The position numbers and the translations under genes were made by a program. The notes beneath the pieces were generated by a model. That model saw nothing but the letters and a program-made list of their open reading frames with translations. It was not told the origin of the DNA and did not search any database. A stretch of DNA of 63,982 nt, counting the filler, from Sphacelaria rigidula (taxonomy: Eukaryota): assembly GCA_964200075.2 (NCBI GenBank). It is 3 parts of 3 records of this genome, joined end to end, with 100 filler letters (N's around TTAATTAATTAA, not from the genome) between each part and the next. Parts side by side here need not be neighbours in the genome. Positions count along the whole stretch, not along the records: positions 42,858 to 63,982 come from CAXNAA020000461.1; 2 more parts are not named here. One strand, 5' to 3'. Numbering within the stretch: the stretch's first letter is position 1; each line of letters opens with the position of its first letter. Below, in pieces: positions 50,901 through 63,758 of this stretch.

Positions 50901-53900
50901 TGCTGATATTCAGTCGATGCACCAATTGTCGTGTAGAGGGGCGCCCGGAAACGCGCGTGCCGCATAACGTAGATGTTATTTTGGTGACTTCCTTCGCAAT
51001 TACCAGCAATCCGAAATGCAGCTGCCCGATTTTCTGCGCACCATACGCCCCGCCCGTCAAGTGTGATCTTGACCCTGCCACCTAACATATCGCGCGGGCC
51101 GCAGCTCTGTCCGAGGCACCCACGGCTCTAAGAGAAAAACAGCAAAGTGGCACGCAATTTTCCGATTGGCCGCAAAAAGGTGATGAAATCTGACCGGCCG
51201 ATACAGTATTCTTCGCTCGGAGACTGACGCCAACCATGGCCCTTTGTAGCGAAGGGACTTCGAATATGGATGACACCATACGGTAGATTTTGCCATTTCG
51301 ATCAGTTTTATTTTTGGAGACGGGGGGGAGGGGTGGATTTCTCGAAAAATTATCAGCCGAGCAAAGCATGACGTCACTGAACGAAGTGGCAAGCAGTTTT
51401 TTCTTGATCGAAAAGTTGGTTGGTTGCTCCCATTGGCTGAGAAATCTGCACAGCGTGCGGTGTCATTGAACAGTTTCAGGGGGGGAGGGAAATAGACCGA
51501 AGGAAAAAAAAGCAAGGTTAGGCATTAGACGTCGGGCTAGGTCTAAGGAAAAGGTAAACCCGACCGCGTGAGTAGCTCCTCAGACCTAAGCTTACGAAGC
51601 GGGGGTAATCACGCCGTCACATGTACTGGTGCCGTTTACCCCGGTGGCTCAGTTGGTAACCTCAAAACCTTCTGACGGTTGGGACGTGGGTTCGAATCTC
51701 GGTGAAGTTACACGATCCGTGGTTGTTTCTCACAACATGGCTAACAGTAGAGAGCGACTATGTCGTGGGTACCCAGAAATCGATTTCACGGTCGACGAGG
51801 GAAAGGGACCGCTAAACCCTTCTCGCGATAAAAAGTAAGGCAAGTTCCGCAGAAGGGAACTGGAGTGCTGAAACAGAATGAGAAAACGAAAAAAAAACTC
51901 CGGTGTTGGCCTTTCTCCTGTGTAACCCCCGACTGATGCGCCCACATATACCGAATGGTGTAGACTGGCGTCCAGAATAGATGGGATGACAGCACACAAC
52001 ACGCACGTCTCAAGTCATGAACAATTAGCGCTAGCCCGACATAAAAAGGCACACACCCATGGCTTTGGACTAACGACGCATGTAATGGGTACCCGCAGTA
52101 TACACGGGGCCTTTGCGACGATGCCTTATATGCAGGGATTGCTCTTTTGTGAAGATGTGGCACTCGAAGATTGGAACCGTCTCGCCGATTTTTCTTTCCG
52201 GTATTGGCGTGCTTGCTGCATGCACACCAGGGGGGGTTCGACATTCCCAGTATTCGGTACTTGTAAAGAACACGCCGGGGTATTTTCTAAACCGGGTACA
52301 AACCAGGGGCTCAGGTTCTCGGGTATTTTCTTTGAGTTTGGCTGTGAGGAAACGGTGCGGTATCTGTCGTTTCCCTCGCGCCTCCGTGAAGATTGGAGAG
52401 CCGCAATTCTGGATGGCCATTTGCAAGCATGGTTTCCGTCAGTCTACGAGCTGATTCACCCAAGAATTCCTATTGGCGATTGAACGGTTATGCGCAGCTT
52501 GCTTTTAGGGAGGACTTAATAGCTGTTTTTCTTGGGTACAAAATTTACTCATATTTCTGGCGCAGAACGGAAAACGCCCTAGAGTGATTGATGGGAATTG
52601 TCAAACCCAGACACATTTATTTTCTCCTGCACTGGGAGGCCTTGATTACAGTAGGTCAATAGTTGTGATTGGAAATGAAGCCAAATAGCCCAATTTTCTT
52701 GCCCCCGGCGGCGCCTCCCGCGGGTTCCCCTCGTCAGCTGGGGGGAGGCGTTCGAGGCTCGCACATCGAGCGGACTCGGCTACGCTCGCCGGCTGACTGT
52801 CCGCGCCCGCTCGCAGCGCTCGCACTTCGACTTGTCCGAAATTTGTCGAAACTTATCGATAGCGATCGCTGAAAAGTCCGATATTGTGTCGAGGTGACGA
52901 GTATTTCTAGTTCGATAGGCAACACTACTACGAAGTAGGATCTAGCGCGGTGTGAGGACCAGTGATTCCGGGGTAATGTCACAACTTATTACAGTTGGGT
53001 TCTCTTTTGAGTGGTGTCGTATGTATCTACATGGTGTCTCACTCTTACTCTGGTTTCGCTGTGCTTTAGGGTTCGCACAACGACAATTTTAGTGTCGAAA
53101 ACTACTCATTTCACTCTAAATATTTGATTTGAGAGTTGATCATTTTAACTTTTGGGTACGTGGTGTATTTAGAAGAGGAATTCCTACCTTACGGGGGTTG
53201 GGGGAGGGAGATGCACGGGTATCCGAAATCTGCATGTGCGGGTACCCTCCTTCAGCTGATTTCACGTGCTGTGCCTTGTATAGTAGTACCTCTTAGTCAA
53301 AGTAGCTTGGGTTGCTTGGGGTTTATTCTCGCATACTACTCTTCGATAGAACTCGAAAGTGCTACCGTCGGTAGAGTTTGGTAAAACAAACAGATCCTCC
53401 GCAGAACACAGTGCCGAAGTTAGTGTTGGTGTTATCGGGCGGTACGAGTAGATACCCCGTTATCAGGAGGGTGTTATTTTATTGACCGTGAAATACAATT
53501 TTTCGGCTCTAGAGCAATGAGTACGCAAAATTTCAAAAATAACCCTTTTCCTTTTTTCACGAATACGATCGGGCCAGGCTCGATCGACCGAAAATACCAA
53601 AGAGTCAGAATTTGGGACCGAAAAGTGACAGGACCCCCGACGACCGGTCAGCCCGTACGTCACTCAATATTGAATATTGAATACAGGTGGGGGGGATTTT
53701 AGGGTTCTTCACGTTACACGTTACACGTACGTTACACGTCACAAAAGTATGTCACAAGGGTGTGACGTAACGTAACGTATGTCTTTCGAATACGTCACAA
53801 ATGTGAAGTTTCGTACCGGACACAATGTGACGTGACGAAATGTTCAATTTTCAATACATCACATATGTGACAATGACGTGACGTATTTTATACGTTACAC

Positions 53901-56674
53901 GTCACAGTGACGTATTTTACACGTTATACGTAACGTGTGACGTATTTTACACGTTATACGTCACAAAATACGTTACACGACATGAAAAATAAGTCACATG
54001 TCACAAAATACGTTACACGTCACGAAATACGTTACACGTCACAAACTACGTTACGCGTCACATTCTTGTACGTTCGTGACGTCTGAATGAACGTCACGAC
54101 CGTCACACGCTCAACTTGTACCACAATTAGTGTGTGATTAGGGTAAGTGATACTCGCATGATATGATACATGGGTTCAAGAATAGTGTGGATACGTCATC
54201 ACAATACGCACGCGATGTGAGCGCAAGTTCAGCGCCACGGTAGCATGCACCGCCACACCACACCCGACTATAGTATGCAATATTTTGAGTTGCCGTGTGC
54301 AGTTTTACTTATTGGTGTCACTAGTATCAAAATATGGACTACAAAGTAATCAGAGACCTTGTGCCTTTGAAGAGGTGCGAAGGGTGACACGAGCTTGTGA
54401 CCTCGGGGACAAATTCGGTGGCTCCACTGCTGTTCTGTAGTTTTGTTCTTTTTTTCGTTGATTTTGCTTTCTTTTCTCATGTCGGGGTTGTCCTGTTTTT
54501 CTGTTTTTCTGTCGTCCGTCTCTGTTCGAACGGTTTTGTGTGAGTTTTTGTCTCTATTCTTGGCACAATGAGTCACGATGTGTTTCTACCTTCATGATGT
54601 CCGCCCAGTGAACGCGGCTGGATTCGTACGGGATCATCAGTTCTTGTGTTTTACATACGTAGAATATAGATCTTCTGCATATACACGCCCTGCTGAGAGA
54701 GCAAATAATTATAACATTACAGAATCGGATTGCTATGTGTTGGGTGTCCTACAAAATGCCAATCGACTACCAGATATCACTAGCGTATGATCTATGCATA
54801 CTTGCGTTTGTATGTGTACATCATGGCCTTCGCGAATCTTGGTATCTCACGATCTGATTATCGTGCATCAATAACGTCTTCATGTATTTTCTTTGAAATT
54901 TCAACGTGTGAGTCAGGGACGCATGAGCGATACACTACCTGGAACGTGTTCTTACATGTCAACATAGCGAGCAGAACGCGCCTCACGCTCGCACAAGGCA
55001 GCCATCGTGGACCTTTCGTACCAAGTTGCGGTACATGAAACCTTACAGCGTCGTACGTAGCGTTCATCTGCCCTCAACACTGTCCAAGTGTAACGTTTCA
55101 TTTTAACTTACACGTCACAAATGTAACGTATATTATTCGTTACACGTCACAATAACGTTCCAAAATATGCTGCACGTCACACACGTCATGTTTCAAAATA
55201 CGTTACACGTCACAAACATAACGTTTATTATTCGTTACACGTCACAATAACGTTCCAAAATACGTTGCACGTCATAAACGTAACATTTCACGATAAGTTC
55301 AACGTCACAAACGTATAATAATGTGACGCATAACATTTATTGTAACGTGTAATGTTTGCTGTGACGTGTGACGTTTATTTTGACGTGTAACGTGTAAAGT
55401 ACGTCACAAAATACGTTTCTGTGACATAACGTAACGTAACGTATAAATTTTTAATACGTCACAAGTGTGACGTAACGTACCGTACCCGTACAAAAATGTG
55501 ACGTGACATAACGTATAATTTTTAATATGTCACATATGCGACGTATTGTGTAACGTGTAACGTAAAGAGCCCTGGTTTTTTTCTTGGAATGTGGAGCAGA
55601 TACCACAATACTAATTAGTAGTATCATCAGATTTCTTATGTGATGAGCGGTGTCAAGCGAAAAAACCCTAGGGCCGAAGCTCTTGAGAGCAGGGAGGCGC
55701 GTGTGCTGCGCTAACTTGACAGGGGGTTTAGTGGGAGCATCCCTCACACTGCCTTGAGCCACTGCTTGAGGCGCCTTCCCCACATGACTGCCGCGAGGTG
55801 GTCTAGCCGAGCCTTCGGGTAATCAGCACACGAACTCGCTAGCGACCGCTTGCGATCGCTTGCGGGGTAAGTGTTGGGTTGGGTTTCCTCCGTCCATCAA
55901 GGAAAAAAAAAAAGAACCTACTGTGAGAAAATCGCCAATAACGAAGAAATTACCTCATACTCTACTTTGAACGTGAGGTACTACTGTACTCCTCGAGACA
56001 CCATCGCCAGGATAGGTAGTGTGCCCACACCGTTTCCTAATAAACCGTCCAACATTCAACATGCATTCAACGATGATGCTAATACCCCCACTCCATATCA
56101 CGACTCTGTCTGTGTTGTAAATACACTCGATTGCATTTGATTGGAATTTTTCACCGGTTCGCATGCCCTATATATAGTGTAGAGACGTCGCATGGAGATA
56201 TTCTATTGGTTCTCCTGTCGGGGAGTCGTGTTCGCTCCAACAGCCGAAGTACCGAAAAACCGGCGAGTATCCGAGTACAGTAAAGTGTCTTCTGCCGCAC
56301 CGGGTTCTTCGGGTCCCACCCACCCCGGTTTACCCGATCTTTTTTGTCGAAAATAACAAAATAACGCCTCAGACGAAACTACCCGGTCCTGTGTTTCGCC
56401 AGCCGGTACCAATCGCTGCCCTGGAGCAGTAGGCGCTAGCTGCTCGTTGCATTGCTGCATGCAACAGTATAAAATAGTACAATGCGTATTACAATGTAGC
56501 ACATCACAGTCATTAATCTCGAGGGTTGTATGTTACCTGCGAGTTGAGGTCGACGAACGCGAGCTCAGCCGGGTGCTTGAAGGCCCTGATCACGCGCTTG
56601 GGGTCGTCCTCGTCGATCGCTCGGATGACTTCGTATCCCCAGGCTCGCCTCTTTCTCGTCCACGGACAGTGCAT
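44901..56674 (-). CDS. Ankyrin-like repeat plus C-terminal RI-type LRR protein. Exons 56537-56674, 50327-50601, 49503-49847, ~48942-49118, ~48300-48640 (uncertain), 46596-47739, 44901-45399
   Basis: Phase-consistent joins: MHCPW...VIRAIDEDDPKRVIRAF...DLNSQ|VEVD...FGDTALHIAIKWKRHRAVKAVL...IANEAGDTA (ankyrin). Last exon has LHLNLAGKRLGDESV, VDLRYNNIGDNGAIAIA and LSLAGNRIGDAGCDAL (LRR). Boundaries around 48-49 kb are not resolved. Confidence 0.75.
46064..46352. mobile_element. Intronic MITE with ~70 bp TIRs
   Basis: AATATCGCCGCGCGCCACTCATTTCTTCGAGGTGGGACCTCAAATTTCGAGAC... is inverted at ...GTCTCAAAATTTGAGGTTCCAACTCGAAAAAACGAGTGGCGCGCGGTGATATT. Confidence 0.8.
49238..49449 (-). mobile_element. 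Family X repeat, longest copy, intronic
   Basis: Homologous to 7051-7152 and 21431-21593. Confidence 0.8.
51631..52002 (+). mobile_element. tRNA-derived SINE, copy 4
   Basis: GGTGGCTCAGTTGGT ... GGGTTCGAATCTC, CA-rich tail. Confidence 0.9.
53700..55574. mobile_element. Non-autonomous TIR DNA transposon (hAT-like ends) with ACGT-rich subterminal arrays
   Basis: Left TAGGGTTCTTCACGTTACACGTTACAC versus right GTGTAACGTGTAACGTAAAGAGCCCTG. Arms 53700-54100 and 55090-55574 are built from ACGTTACACGTCACA units. No clear TSD or transposase. Confidence 0.8.
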
Positions 56675-57540
56675 TTTGTCTCTTTCGGGCTTTATCTTGG
56701 GGGTACAGCTTTCTCTTCACGGCACTGGCCTATTCCCTAGCAACATTTACTTTGGAGCTAAATATTGCAAGCTGCGCGCGTGCGGCATAGTGAGTGCCCA
56801 CGGTTTGTTCAGCAGAAATGAGTGGGACGACAGTATAGTGGGACTTGCGTTGGCCCGAAGTCCTGTTGCCCGCCGGGTCGAATCGCTTGACGTCAAATGT
56901 TGATTGGTCTCTGCACTTGAGCCCCAGCATCACATGCGCATGATGTGAGCTATACACGGACTTGCAGGTGGGGTTTTTCTGACACAATGATGGTGCATAT
57001 GGACTGCACAATTGTATTTCCGTGGACGCTAATCCTTACTTCATGTCTACATCGACTCAGCACGCCGCCTGCCAAGCCAAACAGTCAAAACAAATCACAC
57101 CGCGGTTACAAACAAATTCGGAACAGAAACCCCGATACCTGTCGCTTGCCCGAGGCTTCCGACCAATTTCCAACTTCAAATCAAAATCACCCCCATTATA
57201 ACTTCACATCGTTATAATTTCACACCATTATCATCTCCACTGCGGAAGCTTCGACCAGTGAGCAAATCGGGGATCGGGGACCCGCCGCCACCGCAAAAGG
57301 GAGGCTACAAACGTACTTGGCGTGTCTGCCTAGGTTACTGTACTGTACTGCACGCAGATTGAAGTGCAGCTGCACCGTAGACAATAGCGTCTGTACCACT
57401 GTTCAACCAGTAGTTTGTAGGAACGGACAAACTGCTGTCAGCACTGTGTGTACTGACCGTACCGACTGTACGGGGGCGGGCGGGCGGGCGGGCGGGCAGG
57501 CGGACGAGCTGCAGCCTACGACCACCAGAGCAGGTGTCGT
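56675..57540. promoter_or_regulatory. Putative bidirectional promoter
   Basis: 866 bp between the inferred start codons of two divergent genes. (GGGC)n run at ~57472-57502. Confidence 0.5.
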
Positions 57541-59689
57541 ATGTCATCGAAGCAGCAAAGCGCAGCGGGCGGTGCTGACAGTACTGCTTCGAGCAGCGGG
57601 AAGGGATCCAGTGATGGTGGCATTGATGTTAATGGTGCTGGCGAGAATGTTGGCACCGTGGCCGGGGTCCCAGGAGTCAAGGAGAATTCCGGGGTGAAAC
57701 GTGGGCGAGGTCGGCCGAAGAAGCAGCAACCGTCGGGCGCGAGCATGTACGTTACGTAATAATGACAGCCCTTGGTATTTCCTCGAGATGCAACAGGCTC
57801 CAGTTCATTTTTTTGCACAGTGTTCCGGCGGAAGCGGCCGCAAGCTGCGCAGTCGCCGGCGTTTTCTGGAAAATCGGCGTTGAAAATTGTCGGCCAAGGC
57901 TCGTCAAGGGGGTGTTATACATCATCAGTGATGATGATATCCAGTTTTGTCTGTGCTGTGCTGTGTTGTCCATACCCTGTGACAGTACGGAACGCCAATG
58001 GGAAATGGTGTGCACTTTGTCCGCTGCCGTAGAGTTGAATCCTGCGTGATGTGTCATACTGTTCGAATTGGTTGAGGTTCCAACTTCGAGTTTCATGATG
58101 TGCTGTTGAAGATTCAACTCTCTTCACTAGAATCTGTAATTGATCGAACGTCCTGCTGCACGACAGTCAGGATAGTACTCGATGGTACTCGCACGAAGAG
58201 GAGATGAAACGTATTTGCTTTCTACACAAAGTTACCCGCGATCAAAGCGACGGTACGCTTCGCGCACCACCGTGCTTTGCTAGCACGGGTGTTGGTCTCT
58301 TGACCAATGAACAGCACACCACAATTCAAACATATTTCCCATTAATAATATGGTGTTATTCATCGTGACGGAGACTTTGAGCTGTATATCGTTAACCATG
58401 TGCATGAGTTCAGGAGTTTAAGAGTACTGAGGTGTTATTCAGTAAGACACACGTCATCATGTCAGAGTAGCAGTGCTCATGCACTGACTTTTACTTTAAC
58501 GTATACAAGCTAGGCCGTCCAATACCTCAATTTGGGGGTTAAACAGTTGTGCCATCCCTAATTCTAGGAGTTGAAGGCTGCAAGTTCGGTACGAGATCTA
58601 TGTCAATGAACGGAACGTAGCGAGAGCAATCCAGAAAGAAAAAAAAAAGTTCGGAGCGATCGCAAATTTCTGAGATGAAAATGTGATGTCAAGAATGGAT
58701 GAGGGGCCAAGGGGATTTTCCCCTTCTTCAAAAATCATTTTTTGAAAGACGACCCCTGGTTGGTCGCTGCGATACCACCCCCCCTCCCCCCCCCCAGAAA
58801 AAATCCCCAAACGTGCACAAAAATCCCCTTTTAAAAAGGGGATTTGCGGGCACCTCGAAGGGAAATATACATATCCGGTTGACGGGGGCACATGCAAAGA
58901 CCTTCCACACAACCCAACCCGGTCAGAGCTGAACCTGAGGAACTTGGTGGCCTCGCAAACCAAAAACACACAGCTCGAGCCGTAGCTGCTCACCAGCTGT
59001 GCACGTTGTGCGTCACATTGCTCAAATATGTTCAAAATTCGTTGAGAAATGATGGTCTGGGTGAGAGACCCGCACACAGCACACGCTTACAAAACGGTCA
59101 GGAACGACACGTTTCCGGTTATTGTTGACACGCACGCGGCCGCCATTCGTCCAATACAGGACGGATTTCCGTCAAACAAAGACTACCATGTGAAGATTAG
59201 CAATGGCTAGCGTCGAAACTAATGCGCGTGAGTGGCAGGTGTCTGTGCGTGTTTTTTCGGGGCTGGGTGTGTAGGTTTGTGTTGCCTTGTTGCGTCTTGT
59301 CTGTAGAATGACACAGACCTTGGACTAACGACCGCCTCCAGACCCGCCGCATTTCTGAACCTGCGTGCAGATCTGGGGTCCGATATGTCGAAAACTGCTT
59401 CACGATAGGACTCAAGACCGGTCGTTATAGGGTCAATCCCCTGTTGAAAGGGGATCGTGATAAAGGGGGAAATCTCCTCCGATAAGAAGGGCCCTGAAAG
59501 AAAACTTCGGTTTCGTTCGTGGGGGAAAAAATGCGTATAGAAGATTCTCATAAAGTTTCGGCTCAAAACTCCAAAAAAAAAAAAATGGGCGGGGCCCTGC
59601 CCGGTTTGTGGTGCANNNNNNNNNNCCCTGAAAAAAAACTCCGGTTATGATAGAGTGGGAAAAACTGCGTAAAAAATATTTTTAAAAAA

Positions 59690-59723
<34 letters not shown>

Positions 59724-61927
59724 GCGGGGCATTGCACGTTTTGTGGTGCAGGAGATTGGCTTCCTACAGGGCAGAAGGTCACGAGTTCTAATCCCGACTT
59801 CTTTTTTTGTAACATCTAGTTCCGTCGTTGAGATCATTCATTATATGTAGTTAATTTTTTTTTTAGCGGCAGAGCGTGCAACTGCAAGTTGGTCCGCAGG
59901 TCACAGTGACATACTTTCATCGGGCTGAATCGGTAAACTAAGAAAAAATAAGATTATCGTGTGCCGGAGGGATGCGGGTTACTTGGCTGACTCGTAGCAT
60001 TATCTTGAAATCCTAAATTTAGACAATTTTGCGTGTTCTACATGATAAAAATCCAAGTGTATACAGGGCCAGTCGCCCGGGTGGCTCAGTTAGTTTGTAA
60101 CCTCAGATCCCTCTGACGATTAGGTCGTGGGTTCTAATCTCGGTGAAGTCACATGATCTGGGATTTTTTCTCACACCATACCCAACAGTGAGTGGACAGC
60201 GACCACGTCGTGGGCAGACAAGACTCGACTTACTACTCACGGTCGACGAGGGAAAGGGACAGCCACCCCTCTCTCGAAAAAATATAAGGCGAGCACCGCA
60301 GAAGGAGGCGGGATACTAAAAAATGCAAAAAAGAAACTCTTGTGTCGGCCTTCCTCCTGTAGCGGCCTATCTTGCCCAGGATAGAAAGCGTATAGGTGAC
60401 AGCTTCTCACTCGGTGTAGAATGTCGAAGGCGTGTGGGTGAGCGACGTAGACTTGGAGTTGGTAAGCCTTCACAGTCAGGACGAATTATCACGGGTTCGA
60501 ATCACCAAATCCACGATTTCTTCGGCCTGATTGCCCAAAAGGGANNNNNNNNNNCTGGTCCAAGGGGTGTCCACGCAACTTTTGCGCCATTCCACGTGTC
60601 TCGGCTGCGTGTACCCGGGTTGCAACGCTGAAATCAACGCCTAGGGATTGATTCGTACGATTCGAATCATTTGCACTAGAATCAAGTAATTTCCAGACGA
60701 ATCATTGATTTCTCCGACCCTGGTAAGCCTTGCAGAGGCATGAGGCATTGCATGGGTCAAGCCACACGCTGGGTGTGAGCACTCAGGGCGAGGCACATGA
60801 CCATAGCCTGGACTGGGGATTGGAGGATGATGATATCGGGGTCGACAGGGACGGGATGATGTACCGGGTTGGCGGACATGGGTCAATAGTAAGCGGGTCG
60901 GGTCTTGTAAAGCTGGTAGTCACATGATCACCATGAGTTTGAAATAAGACGCGCGCGGAGGACACGTTACACCCGCGAATGCTGAGTAGTATCGAGTGTC
61001 CATTCAGCTTCACAGGGTGTACTCGGTCGCACGGCCCACCCTGTCCTCACTGTTAATGGTGATTTACACCCCAGCAATCAAATTTTGTGATTCCAGCAAG
61101 AACCCGACAGCCTATCTACACCATTGCAGCACTCCACCATATTGACTGAGCCAAATTATGGAAACGCCGTACAGGCTGGTCCGAGGAAGCGGAAGCTACG
61201 TCTCTCCGCCGTTACTAGTTTCAACAATTGGGAAACGAAAATTTAATATTGGTATTCTGAAGGAGAGCTCGAGATCATCCGTGAATGTTCATTTTTGAAG
61301 AAACCGTCCAGTTTTACTGATTTCTTGGGGTCGCCGTGCCCCCATATCGGTCGGGCACATACCATAGGTTCATCCTGAATCGAACACTGGAACGTGGTGG
61401 GGAAAAAAACGCTCTAGGTTGCATGCAATACTGCATTAGTCAGCGGTTATGGACCTTGAAACACGGTAAATGGTCAGTGGAGATGGCGCTCGAATGACGG
61501 CGAGAAGCTGATGCTTGGTAGATACGGCGTCGTAGATATCGGCGTCGGTGATATTGTTCCGAAAAGAAGTATGATGCTCAAGAGGGAAAATGTTTTTCTT
61601 CCGTTGTTTTTGGCTGCCCCGGAGATTCGAGAATTTGTTTTTTTTCGTCGTACCTAATCTTGTCTTATCGTCGCTCTGATTCCTAACCCTTTGACCGCCA
61701 GGGGGGCGGGGGGGGGGGGTACTCATGGTTTTTTATTCCATGGTCATATGACCGCCAGGGGGGGGGGGGGGGGGGGGGGGGGTTGTGTTTTAATTTTTTT
61801 TTGTTGGGTGGGGGGGTGCGCAGATGATGTGGTGATCCCTGTTCGCGTGGTAATTNNNNNNNNNNCTGCGTGGCGGGCGGGGGGCGGCCGTTGCTCTTCT
61901 TTGGCTGGGGTGGTGTGCGGGCGGCTT

Positions 61928-61958
<31 letters not shown>

Positions 61959-63758
61959 CGATCTGGATTCCAACTTCGTATTTCAGGTGAAAGTGCTGCC
62001 GATTCAACAGATGATCTACCCTGCCGGTGAAATGATTACAAATGCTTAGATGTGTCAATCCATCCTTTGAATCGGCCTCATTATTAACCCTGTCGGCACC
62101 AGGCCTCCTTCCGGAACAGTATCGCCCGACTCACCTTTAACGGCGGTAACATCACCAGCGCTCTGGCTGAGCAGCTCCCCTCTGTTTTTTGGCCGCTGCC
62201 CCTGGTGATATTGACAACATACAGTTCATTCAGCGATTCCCAAACCCTGGTACGCGTTGTGCTGTTCTCCGGAAACGCCTTTCAATGTTTCCCCAGTGGT
62301 CTACGGAAGATATATCTGACGGGGCCTGGCCCCCAGCCCAAAGGGTCAATTGAGTTTATTCGATAAAGTGACTGCCAGGTGTGATTGTTCATGTCCGGAC
62401 GCTAGCGGCTATACTGATCCAGTGGCTTGTCTCGCACCGCCTCCGGGACGTGCTGCAGAGACACAGGCATGCTGCTGCTGGTTCTGCTACTGTTTCTGCT
62501 GTTCCTTCTGGCCATAAAGCTGGTGATGACCGTACCTGCTCCCAGTTAAAAACAAAAGACGACAAAGTTGAATTATTTCTGGTGATTGCACTCATGCATC
62601 TCAAGAGGTATATACATCTATATATATATATAGATGCCCTTACTTCTTCGCACAGCACCCCCCACGCCGAATGGAGCAGCACCCCCACGAACGTCGGCAA
62701 GTCCTTCTGACAACAGCCTTCTCAGCCTCAACGCAAAATTGACTCCCAACCCCCCCCCCCTCCCCATTTCTCCGCACCCACTTTTTGCTCTGCGTTTCTT
62801 TCATCTTGGGTGCCCGCATTCAGCGATGGCTCGAAGGTCGCAGGAACGACAAAGCAGACGAGCAGAAGTGCTTCACTGCCCCCGTCAAAGCCAACGCCCG
62901 CTACCGACAGCAGGAAAGGCTCCAAACCCGCGGAGAGAGTATTTCGCAAGGTCACGGAAACGCCCGACGATGGGGAACAAGAGAAAGGAGGGGAGGGCGC
63001 GCAGGAGACAACTGCAGAGGTCGTCGATGCGGTCACGCCCAAACGCCGGGGACGGCCAAAAAAAAACTCGACGAGCTCCTCCGCCGCTGCCGCTACTGGT
63101 GGCGAGGCCGAGAAGCCGGGTTCTAGCAGTAAGGAGAAGAGCCCTGCCGCAGAAGATAAGGTCTCGGGCGCTAAAGCCAACAAGAAGGCTGCCGCTAACG
63201 ATCGGGCGTCTCCCAGAAAAAACAAGGTCTCCTCTCCGACCAAAGAAGACACGGATAAAAAATCTTCCTCTGCTGCCACTAAGAGAGGTCGAAAACCAAT
63301 GTCTTCTGCCTCTCCTGCCAAGAATAAGAGATCCTCCCAAGAAACGATGACGCCAATTCGGAAGAACCACAACAACAACGGCAACAACGATTACGATCAC
63401 GCAGCGGGCGGGGAACCTGGCGACGGAGAAACTTCCGACAACGCTCGCGGTGCGCGGAGGGAGAGCTCGGGCCGAAAACCCGCGGCTTCCAGGGGCAGGG
63501 GAAGCGGGAGAACGAAAGTAGTGTCCAGCGGACGCGCTTCTTCTCTTGCCCCTGTGGGTTCCTCAAAGAGCACATCGCGCGGTGGGCGCTCCGGTGACAC
63601 ACCTAGCAAGAAACGACAGGTGAAGGGCGCGGAAGACATGATGAACGAGGAGGGGAGCGGAGGGCGGCAGCAGAAACGCGGTAGGGGGGAAAAGAGGAAG
63701 GCGCTGCCGCGGAGAGGTGTAGTCGATGGCGTGTCTGTTGGCGAGGAAAAAGACCAAG
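57541..63758 (+). CDS. AT-hook-containing, Lys/Ser-rich chromatin-type protein. Exons 57541-57746 and 62824-63758, continuing beyond the window
   Basis: Exon 1 ends AT|gtacgt and exon 2 begins ttcag|C GAT (phase 2 match), ending G|gtgagt. Motifs KRGRGRPKK, PKRRGRPKK, KRGRKP. Confidence 0.75.
60068..60362 (+). mobile_element. tRNA-derived SINE, copy 5 (3'-truncated)
   Basis: GGTGGCTCAGTTAG ... GGGTTCTAATCTC and homologous body, in the intron of the AT-hook gene. Confidence 0.85.

Noticed and set aside
59570..59800. Duplicated AAAATGGGCGGGGC...GTGGTGCA and a weak tRNA-like head
   Set aside because: The duplication straddles an N gap (probable overlap artefact). Box matches are too weak to call.
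60560..61680. Possible Copia or other retroelement remnant in the AT-hook gene intron
   Set aside because: Only vague peptide resemblance, and no diagnostic motif could be confirmed.
61690..61960. Long poly-G runs and poly-Pro/Gly ORFs, potential G-quadruplex
   Set aside because: Flanks a 10-N gap and looks like low-quality reads of a family X end next to a G-run.
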